NCBI GenBank assembly: GCA_003522085.1
Contig: DPGI01000005.1
Coordinates: 63,044-127,043 of the forward strand
Reading direction: 5' to 3'
Length of the DNA: 64,000 bases
From: Clostridiales bacterium
GTDB lineage: Bacteria > Bacillota > Clostridia > Christensenellales > UBA1242
The position numbers were made by a program, and so were the translations under genes. This document shows positions 9,116 to 16,325 of the stretch, one piece after another; position 1 is the stretch's first letter; each line of letters opens with the position of its first letter. A model generated the notes under the pieces. The model had not been told where the DNA came from. It did not search any database and was given only the letters and a program-made list of their open reading frames with translations.

Positions 9116-10248
9116 AGTTGGAACTAAACTCTTGGGAAAAAAAATCATTAAAGAAGTTAACTAAAAAATATATAGATCTTTATGTGGCGTTATCAAAAGA
9201 AAGCAAAAAATGTTTTAGAATTGATTCTCATACCATATTTAATTCAGATACAAAAGAATTAACTCAACAACAAAAAAATAAAATAGTTGATTATTGGCAT
9301 AACTATACAAAAGATTTTGATATTAATTATCATAAATATTACATAGATAAAACTGGTATGTTTGATGTTCGTTTTATTCCAGACGATATTTTTGCGGGAT
9401 ATATAGATCCTTATTTAAACAATAGAGAGATAGAACCGGGAATAGCTGATAAGAATTATTTTGATTTGTTTTTAAAAGGATTCAAAATGCCAAAGACTTA
9501 TGTAAGATTGATAAATGGCATTTATGAAGATGAAAATTATAACATAATCCCCCGTTGTAAAGTTTTAGAAAAATTAACAAGTATAAAAAAATTTGTGGTT
9601 AAACCTAGTACGGCTTCATACGGTGGCAAAAATGTTACTTTTTTTGAAAATGCAACACTTGAAGAAATTGAAAATTTCATAAATATAAATAAAACGAGGA
9701 ATTTAATATTTCAAGAAATTGTGGATCAGCATGAATCAACAGCATCGATTCATCCAAAATCTTTAAATACAATTAGAATTATGACTTTAATAATTGATAA
9801 TGATGTTAAAGTTTTGCCTTGTGCTTTTAGAATGGGGGTTGGGGCGGCAAGAGTCGATAATGCTAGCTTTGGAGGAATATACTGTAAGATTTTTGAAGAT
9901 GGAACCTTATCTGATTTTGCATACGATGCTTTAGGCCACAAATTTTATAAGCATCCAGATGGGAAAGAGTTTTCAAGCGTTAAAATTGATTGCTTAGATA
10001 AAGTAAAAGATTTAGTTAAAAAGGCGGCACAAAGATTTCCTCATTTCAGATTGATTGGTTGGGATATTGGAATTGATAAAGAAGGAGAGCCTATTATTAT
10101 TGAAGCTAATCTTACAATGAGTGGGTTAGACGTGATTGAAACAATATGTGGGCCACTTTTTGGTGACTATACAGATATGGTTTTAAATGAAGTTTTTAAA
10201 AATCCAAAAAAGAAAGAAATTAGTATGGATATTTCACAATATGTTTAG
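9100..10248 (+). CDS. ATP-grasp amidoligase (sugar-transfer-associated/TupA-like ATP-grasp type)
   Basis: Motifs FVVKPSTASYGGKNV, IFQEIV, RVDNASFGGI, and a C-terminal IIEANL catalytic-loop-like motif. An alternative start is TTG 9118, 5 nt after AAGGAGG. Confidence 0.6.
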   Translation: MVKEVKLELNSWEKKSLKKLTKKYIDLYVALSKESKKCFRIDSHTIFNSDTKELTQQQKNKIVDYWHNYTKDFDINYHKYYIDKTGMFDVRFIPDDIFAGYIDPYLNNREIEPGIADKNYFDLFLKGFKMPKTYVRLINGIYEDENYNIIPRCKVLEKLTSIKKFVVKPSTASYGGKNVTFFENATLEEIENFININKTRNLIFQEIVDQHESTASIHPKSLNTIRIMTLIIDNDVKVLPCAFRMGVGAARVDNASFGGIYCKIFEDGTLSDFAYDALGHKFYKHPDGKEFSSVKIDCLDKVKDLVKKAAQRFPHFRLIGWDIGIDKEGEPIIIEANLTMSGLDVIETICGPLFGDYTDMVLNEVFKNPKKKEISMDISQYV

Positions 10249-10257
10249 GAGAAAAAT

Positions 10258-11247
10258 ATGGAAAATAAAGAAGAATACATTTATGCAGGTGTGTCTACCT
10301 TTATGGGCAGCAAAATGATTACTCAAGAAGAAATTAAAAATTATGATATTGTTTTTCTTGGAGTGCCATGTGACTATGGTGCATCTTATAGATTGGGGGC
10401 AAAATATGCGCCACGACAATTAAGAGAATATTCGTTTTGGGACAGGATAAATGGACAAGAATTGTACGATTTAGACCATAATAAATATATCAAAACAAAT
10501 AATTTACGTATTGCAGATTATGGAGATGTGTATGTTTATCCAACTAATCCAAATAAGAATCAAGATGAAATTACAAACACTGTGTATAATATCACTAAAG
10601 AATCTTTTCCTTTGATTTGTGGTGGTGATCATTCAATTACATATGGAAGTTTTAGGGGGTTTTACAGGGCTATTAAAGAACGATTTCCTGATTACGAAGT
10701 TGGAATTATACATTTTGATGCTCACCTAGATGTTGAAAAAGAATACTTAAATATGCCAAATGTATGGCATGGTAACGTTTTCAGAAAATTGATTGAAGAT
10801 GGATTCTTAAAAGGAGAAAACCTTTTTAGCATTGGGCCACGAGGGGTTGTGGATAAGCAGTGGTTTAATTATGAAAAAGAACAAAAAATAAATTTATTTA
10901 CATCAAATCAAGTTAAACAACAAGGTATTGAAAATGTAATCGATAAAATAAAAGAGGTTAATAAGAATAAGAAGATCATATTTTATATATCTTTTGATAT
11001 AGATGCAATAGATATTTCTTATATATTCGGTACGGGAACGCCGCAATGTAATGGATTGTCGCCTTATGAATGCGACAATGCCTTAAGAATGTTGAATGAA
11101 TTAAAAATTGGTGGATTTGATATCGTTGAATTAAATCCAAAGTTGGATCCATCAAATACTGCTTTTGTTATTGCTTGTGAATTAATTTATCATTTTTTAG
11201 CGTTGGGGTATGGAGGTATTAATGGAAAAAATAGCAATATTATTTAA
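10258..11247 (+). CDS. arginase/agmatinase/formimidoylglutamase-family ureohydrolase
   Basis: The Mn-binding motifs of the family are present: GGDHSITYG, HFDAHLD and SFDIDAID. Confidence 0.85.
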   Translation: MENKEEYIYAGVSTFMGSKMITQEEIKNYDIVFLGVPCDYGASYRLGAKYAPRQLREYSFWDRINGQELYDLDHNKYIKTNNLRIADYGDVYVYPTNPNKNQDEITNTVYNITKESFPLICGGDHSITYGSFRGFYRAIKERFPDYEVGIIHFDAHLDVEKEYLNMPNVWHGNVFRKLIEDGFLKGENLFSIGPRGVVDKQWFNYEKEQKINLFTSNQVKQQGIENVIDKIKEVNKNKKIIFYISFDIDAIDISYIFGTGTPQCNGLSPYECDNALRMLNELKIGGFDIVELNPKLDPSNTAFVIACELIYHFLALGYGGINGKNSNII

Positions 11248-12181
11248 TTTAAATCGCCATCAATTTGACTATGAAACGGAATTTGATTCCCCGGTTACCA
11301 TAGAATCAATTTATAATTCTCTAAAAGATAAATATGAAATTAAATTTATAGAAGCGGTAAGGGATTTTTCGTGGATTAAAGAGATTATTGATTTTAATCC
11401 TAATTTAGTATTCAATATTTGCGAGGGTTATTATGGGCCCGCAAGGGAATCTGTTTATGCTGCGATTTTAGAACAGCTTAATCTCAACTATTCCGGTCCT
11501 GACAGTACGAATTTATTAATATGTCATAATAAAATTTTAACAAAAAGATTACTGGAAAATAAAATTTTAGTTCCTAGAGGGTATTGCATCACAAGTATTG
11601 AGCAGTTAAAAAACATCGAATTAAGCTTTCCTTTAATAGTAAAGCTTAATTCAGAAGGATCAAGTTTAGGGATGAGTGAAAAATCAATCGTTAATAACTT
11701 TAAAGAATTATCAGAACAGGTAAATGAGATGATTCAAAAATTTAATAGAGGAATATTAATTGAAGAATTTATTGATGGACAAGATATCAGCATGATTTTT
11801 GTAGAGGGTATTGGTGCCTTGGGGCCATGCGAAATTGATTGCGGTGCAACTTTTTATGATTATGATATGAAATCCATTAAAGATGATACAGTAGACATCA
11901 AAGAGTTAAAAGGTGATTATCAACGTCTTAAAAATATTGTTGATTATGTAGCTAATAGGTTAGATATAAAAGGTTATGCGAAATTGGATTTTAGGATTAA
12001 TGATGGCAACTATTACCTTATAGAGGTTAATTCACAAGTAAGTTTCCATCCCCATGGAGAGTTTATTACTTGTGCAAAAGCTGATGGCTATTCTTTTGAC
12101 CAAATCATAAATCATGTTGTGAATTATGCTTTACGCAATAAAATAAAATATAGTTCTATAGGAATAGGGGGCGACAAATGA
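11222..12181 (+). CDS. D-alanine--D-alanine ligase-like ATP-grasp ligase
   Basis: Ddl-like N-domain (LNYSGPDSTNLLICHNKILTKRLL), LIVKLNSEGSSLGM, and C-terminal YLIEVN. I chose ATG 11222 (GGAGG 5-6 nt upstream); the ORF track starts at 11210. It overlaps the ureohydrolase gene. Confidence 0.75.
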   Translation: MEKIAILFNLNRHQFDYETEFDSPVTIESIYNSLKDKYEIKFIEAVRDFSWIKEIIDFNPNLVFNICEGYYGPARESVYAAILEQLNLNYSGPDSTNLLICHNKILTKRLLENKILVPRGYCITSIEQLKNIELSFPLIVKLNSEGSSLGMSEKSIVNNFKELSEQVNEMIQKFNRGILIEEFIDGQDISMIFVEGIGALGPCEIDCGATFYDYDMKSIKDDTVDIKELKGDYQRLKNIVDYVANRLDIKGYAKLDFRINDGNYYLIEVNSQVSFHPHGEFITCAKADGYSFDQIINHVVNYALRNKIKYSSIGIGGDK

Positions 12182-13251
12182 TAAATGAAATAGTGGATCA
12201 AGAAATTTTAACTACATACAATTATTTGGTGGAAAAAGAATCATTGCTTCCTATTAAAATTTCAAATTTTTATATGAAAAAAGTTGTTGAAGAGTTTCAA
12301 ACAATAGGTGTAAACGGACCATTATTTAGGTCGGTTTTACCAACAAAAAACAGGTGGGAAGTAAAAACTAGCGAAGAAACAAGAGATTATGTGGAAGAAG
12401 TCAAGCATAATCCTATTGAGAATGTCGATTATATAATTCAGAAATATGATAATAGATTAGTGTTTATTATCACCGACGTATGTTTTTCGCATTGCCAATA
12501 TTGTTTTAGATCATATAATTTATCTAAATTTCAGCAAAGCAATTTAAAAGAAACAATAAAAAATAAAGTTAAAACATTAAAAGAATATTTAAGTAAAAAT
12601 CCTTTGATTGAAGAGGTAATTTTTTCGGGAGGAGATCCATTAAGTATAGGATATGCAAATTTAAAATTTGCTTTAGAAGAGCTGAAAGGCTTTAAAATTA
12701 GGATACATACTCGTGCAATAGTTTACAATCCTTTTGTGTTTGATAAAAAAATTATAAAATTATTTAAGAAACATAATATTAGATTGGTATTTCATATTAA
12801 TCATCCATATGAAATATGCAGTGAAGTTGAAAAGATTATAAATAATATAGATCATGCGGGAATTCATATGTATGCTCAATTCCCATTGCTTAGGGGAATA
12901 AATGATCACTATTTAGTTTTAAAAATGCTTTTAGAAAAGATGGACGAGTTGCATATCCGCCCAATTTCAATATTCATTCCAGATCCAATTTCATATAGTG
13001 CGGATTATAGATTATCCTTTAATAGAATTCTTGAAATTATGGATGAATTAAATTGGAAAACAGCTTCTTGGATTAATTCTGTAAGATTTACAATGGATAC
13101 AACAATAGGTAAAGTAAGAAGAGAAAATATAACACAACATGTTGGCAAAAGAATTGTATTATCTAGAGAGGGGAAAAATGTTGATTATTATGATTTAGAT
13201 CAAGGCATCGACAAACCATCGGATGTGAATATCTTATTGTGGAAAAGATAA
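12178..13251 (+). CDS. KamA-family radical-SAM amino acid 2,3-aminomutase (lysine/arginine aminomutase or EpmB-like)
   Basis: CxxxCxxC cluster CFSHCQYCFR preceded by YDNRLVFIITDV, plus GGDPL. At 357 aa it has the short EpmB-like size. It has an ATGA overlap with the upstream gene. Confidence 0.85.
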   Translation: MINEIVDQEILTTYNYLVEKESLLPIKISNFYMKKVVEEFQTIGVNGPLFRSVLPTKNRWEVKTSEETRDYVEEVKHNPIENVDYIIQKYDNRLVFIITDVCFSHCQYCFRSYNLSKFQQSNLKETIKNKVKTLKEYLSKNPLIEEVIFSGGDPLSIGYANLKFALEELKGFKIRIHTRAIVYNPFVFDKKIIKLFKKHNIRLVFHINHPYEICSEVEKIINNIDHAGIHMYAQFPLLRGINDHYLVLKMLLEKMDELHIRPISIFIPDPISYSADYRLSFNRILEIMDELNWKTASWINSVRFTMDTTIGKVRRENITQHVGKRIVLSREGKNVDYYDLDQGIDKPSDVNILLWKR

Positions 13252-13252
13252 T

Positions 13253-13281
13253 TTGACTTTTTGAAAGATAAAAATTATAAT
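13253..13281 (+). promoter_or_regulatory. near-consensus sigma-A promoter in front of the rsgA-like gene
   Basis: TTGACT (13253-13258), a 17-nt spacer, then TATAAT (13276-13281). RBS aaaggaggg follows. Confidence 0.65.
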
Positions 13282-13298
13282 GTAAAAAGGAGGGCATT

Positions 13299-14363
13299 AT
13301 GCCACATTATGAAAGTTATCAAAGTTTTCAAACGAAAAAAAGTATAAATAAAAAAAATAAAGCTAAAGAAGTTTCTGCGAATAAAAGCATAGACGAGGCC
13401 TTTGTCATATCTAGAAAAAAATTAGGCGATATTGATTTGCCTATTGTAATAGAAACAACATACAAAGAAGCGAAGGTGTTATATAAAGGTGAAATAATAA
13501 CGGTGTATGGGATGCAACGAAATATTCCATGCAATCAATTAGTTTTTCCAGGTGATTATGTAGTTTTAGATGGCGACAATAAAAAAATTACGAATGTACT
13601 GGAACGTTCTACTATTCTGTCGCGTGATCACAAGGATAGAGCGAGAAGATCAAATGTCGTATTAAATAAAGTTGTTGCAACTAATATTGATACTGCTGTT
13701 ATCGTAGTTTCAGCATACTCACCACCATTGCATCCTAAATTTATAGATAGATATCTAATGATTTTGCAAAATTGTGGAATTGAACCGATTATTTGTTTGA
13801 ATAAGGCGGATTTAAAAACTAAACAAGACGAAGAAGTTTTAGATATTTATAGACATTTGAACATTCCAGTTGTAGAAACTTCTGCATTAAATAACGAGGG
13901 CGTCGAAAATTTAAAAAATTATTTGTATAACAAAAGGGCTATTTTTGTTGGGCATAGCGGAGTCGGTAAATCTACATTAACAAATGCTTTAATGAATTTT
14001 AATGAAATTAAGACTGGAGATGTGGGCAATAAAAGCTTAAGAGGACGACACACAACAACGTCATCAAAATTTTATTATTGGAACGACCATTCATCCATTA
14101 TTGACACTCCTGGTATAAGGGCTTTAGATGTGTCAAGTTTTCAACCATCAGAAGTACAATACTACTTTCCAGAGTTTCTAAATTATCTCAATTGTAAATA
14201 TCGTTCTTGCGATCATGTAGAGGTTAAAACAGAAGATTGTGGAGTTAAAACTGCTGTTAAAGATGGCTTAATAAAGTCGAGCAGGTATGAAAGCTATGTT
14301 AGAATTATGGAAGATTTAACACAAAATGAAAAAAAAACAAAAAATGATGAGCTCTGTATATAG
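13299..14363 (+). CDS. rsgA: RsgA/YjeQ-like circularly permuted ribosome-biogenesis GTPase (island-borne paralogue)
   Basis: OB-like N-domain, then permuted G motifs NKADL (G4), GHSGVGKST (G1) and DTPG (G3), then a C-terminal zinc motif CKYRSCDH...C. It has a K-rich N-terminal extension and AT-rich codon usage like the rest of the island. Confidence 0.8.
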   Translation: MPHYESYQSFQTKKSINKKNKAKEVSANKSIDEAFVISRKKLGDIDLPIVIETTYKEAKVLYKGEIITVYGMQRNIPCNQLVFPGDYVVLDGDNKKITNVLERSTILSRDHKDRARRSNVVLNKVVATNIDTAVIVVSAYSPPLHPKFIDRYLMILQNCGIEPIICLNKADLKTKQDEEVLDIYRHLNIPVVETSALNNEGVENLKNYLYNKRAIFVGHSGVGKSTLTNALMNFNEIKTGDVGNKSLRGRHTTTSSKFYYWNDHSSIIDTPGIRALDVSSFQPSEVQYYFPEFLNYLNCKYRSCDHVEVKTEDCGVKTAVKDGLIKSSRYESYVRIMEDLTQNEKKTKNDELCI

Positions 14364-14556
14364 CAATATTATCTTGCATAATTTATTAATGTATTTTGTT
14401 TGGGAAAGTGACAGAAATTTTGAGTTTAAATATAAACGAAAATTTATAAAAAACAACTATTCCATATATAACGAATTATTTTGTTAAAAAGTCAGATATG
14501 CTACATAATGAATCAAAAAATCTTTAAAGTGTTATTATCGATGTTCAGTTTAATAA

Positions 14557-14599
14557 ATACACGAACACTAAGTTTGTCTTAATTGTCCGTGTATTTTTT
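14557..14599. terminator. second copy of the metG/tRNA-Leu hairpin (same arms, different loop)
   Basis: Arms atacacgaac (14557-14566) and gtccgtgtat (14585-14594) are identical to 6556-6565 and 6577-6586. The 18-nt loop is unrelated. A T-run follows. Confidence 0.65.
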
Positions 14600-14602
14600 G
14601 TT

Positions 14603-14688
14603 TGGTGCCGGTGGTCGGGGTCGAACCGACACTTGGTTGCCCAAACGAGATTTTGAGTCTCGCGCGTCTGCCATTCCGCCACACCGGC
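14603..14688 (-). tRNA. tRNA-Leu (anticodon CAA), type II, CCA encoded
   Basis: 86 nt. Acceptor GCCGGTG/CACCGGC, 3-bp D stem GCG/CGC, anticodon stem CGAGA/TCTCG with loop CTCAAAA, long variable arm (TTGG-GCAA-CCAA), T arm GTCGG-TTCGACC-CCGAC, and discriminator A plus CCA. Confidence 0.95.
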
Positions 14689-14707
14689 AAGTGTCATAAA
14701 CAGGTAT

Positions 14708-14736
14708 ATTCTAACACAAACAAAAAAAATTTACAA
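14708..14736 (-). promoter_or_regulatory. promoter of tRNA-Leu
   Basis: On the minus strand: TTGTAA (14736-14731), a 17-nt spacer, then TAGAAT (14713-14708), about 20 nt upstream of the mature 5' end. Confidence 0.6.
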
Positions 14737-14898
14737 GAAAATTACGCAAATTTGTTTTAAAAAACATTTTTTACAAAAATGCCCTATTTTAGGGTAATTT
14801 TGCCGTCATAAATAAGTTATTTTAATGTCAATGTGGCGTCAAATTTCGACATTTTTGTAAAAAAATCGCAAAAACGATTAAATTTTTGGCACTAAGGT

Positions 14899-14927
14899 TT
14901 GACTATTAAAATATCCAATTTTATAAT
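14899..14927 (+). promoter_or_regulatory. sigma-A-type promoter of the sigma-region-4-like gene
   Basis: TTGACT (14899-14904), a 17-nt spacer, then TATAAT (14922-14927). Confidence 0.6.
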
Positions 14928-14960
14928 TTTAGCAGTGAAAATAAAAGGGGAGATTTAGAT

Positions 14961-15467
14961 ATGCAAAATCACATTTGGGGCAAAACACTTCTTTCAGCTT
15001 ATCGTTTTTTAGAGCGTATTGCAGGAGCAATAGACAAAATAATTGAGAAAAAAGCACTTGCTTCTTCTTGGGCAACTTCGTTCAGCAGTGTGGCAAACAG
15101 CACTTTAGAGCTTGCTGACCAAATCATCGAACTTTCCGAGCGCAAAGTAAAGTTAATCAATATCAAATTGTTGATTGAAAAAGCGTTAAAAAAGCTTGAT
15201 AAAAAAGACGCGAAAATTTTAATTTGCAAGTATTTTGATAAGATGGGACCTGAAGAAATTATCGCTTCGTTTGGCCTTTCGCGCCGCTCATATTTCAGAC
15301 GCATACAAGATGCCGAATCAAGTTTTGAGTCATCGTGCGCGTCGCTTGGTTTTCCGATATCTCGTCTGCAAACTTATCTTGACAGCGAAGAATGGATTAA
15401 GCAAATTGCAGCTACATTTCAAGCAAAACAAGCCAAAGAAAAAAAGGGCAGCGCCCTTTCAATTTAA
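14961..15467 (+). CDS. sigma-70 region-4-like HTH protein (phage late-gene activator, ArpU/RinA-like)
   Basis: The C-terminal half LDKKDAKILICKYFDKMGPEEIIASFGLSRRSYFRRIQDAESSF has the region-4 HTH pattern. The gene sits just upstream of a terminase large subunit gene, as late activators do in siphophages. Confidence 0.45.
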   Translation: MQNHIWGKTLLSAYRFLERIAGAIDKIIEKKALASSWATSFSSVANSTLELADQIIELSERKVKLINIKLLIEKALKKLDKKDAKILICKYFDKMGPEEIIASFGLSRRSYFRRIQDAESSFESSCASLGFPISRLQTYLDSEEWIKQIAATFQAKQAKEKKGSALSI

Positions 15468-16262
15468 GTCATCTTCATTAAATTCATAATAATCTCTTCC
15501 TCTTTTAAGTGGTGGAGATTTTTCTTTTCTGCCTTTGGCAAAAAGTCTGCGTTTTTTCGGACTTAAAATCAAATACAAAATCACAAGGCAAGGCAGCGAA
15601 ACACCCAAAATAATCATTGCTTTTGACGTATCGCTCAGTCCACCGCCGCTAGGCAAATCGCCCGAAAAGTTAAGTGGAGTTGTTATTTCGGGAAAGTATT
15701 CCATGTTTTCGCTTGCAAGCGTCAAATTGTCACAAAAATATGAAAACGCATAACCTTTGATTTCTTCGCCGCCGTTAGAAAGCGAGCAATAATACCATTT
15801 ATTTGTTGATTTCGGAAACAGTTCGTCGCCATAGCAAGTTCCATAAAGCACAACATTTTCTTGCAAAAAACTCAGTTTTCCACACTTTGCTGCGCCGGCC
15901 ATTGGTGCTGAAAACACGTCAAGGCCGTTTTGTGCAAACGCCCGAAAACTTTGACTGGCATATGGCGTCGAAGGCACGCCGTCCATAGGCGTCACTTCAT
16001 CTTTTTTAACATAGCCTTGAAGCGAAGCATACTTGGCGTAATAAAAGTCATCTTTTTCGTTTATAAGCAGCACGAAATACGAGTTTGGCAAGATAAAAAG
16101 TTTACTCTCTTCGCTGTCGTTAGGGCTTGAGTAAAAATAGATATTTTCGCTTAAAACCTTTGCAAAATAAGTCTTGTTTTGACCGCTCACAGCAAAAGTT
16201 GTGCCCGTTTGCGAAGGCCACAAAATGAATAAAAATGAAAATAGAACAATCAACAATTTCAT
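15459..16262 (-). CDS. secreted/membrane-anchored protein with two bacterial SH3-like domains
   Basis: N-terminal signal peptide, two SH3b-like segments, and a C-terminal TM followed by a basic tail. Its 3' end overlaps the convergent gene by 9 nt. Confidence 0.5.
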   Translation of the reverse strand: MKLLIVLFSFLFILWPSQTGTTFAVSGQNKTYFAKVLSENIYFYSSPNDSEESKLFILPNSYFVLLINEKDDFYYAKYASLQGYVKKDEVTPMDGVPSTPYASQSFRAFAQNGLDVFSAPMAGAAKCGKLSFLQENVVLYGTCYGDELFPKSTNKWYYCSLSNGGEEIKGYAFSYFCDNLTLASENMEYFPEITTPLNFSGDLPSGGGLSDTSKAMIILGVSLPCLVILYLILSPKKRRLFAKGRKEKSPPLKRGRDYYEFNEDDLN

Positions 16263-16325
16263 AGCAAAATTATATCGTCAAAAAATGAAAATTTAAAATA
16301 AAAACATGTCATAAAGGGGGGAGAG

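Larger units (their letters stand above)
6596..14657. mobile_element. tRNA-Leu-associated AT-rich genomic island (integrase-less), carrying a 7-gene cargo
   Basis: A direct repeat of the tRNA 3' half sits at both ends. Composition drops abruptly inside. The cargo is a single co-directional gene block. No recombinase ORF was seen. Confidence 0.6.

Noticed and set aside
15235-15489. 84-aa plus-strand ORF overlapping the 3' part of the sigma-region-4-like gene
   Set aside because: It is an alternative frame of a better-supported ORF. It has R/K-rich composition without motifs and no RBS.
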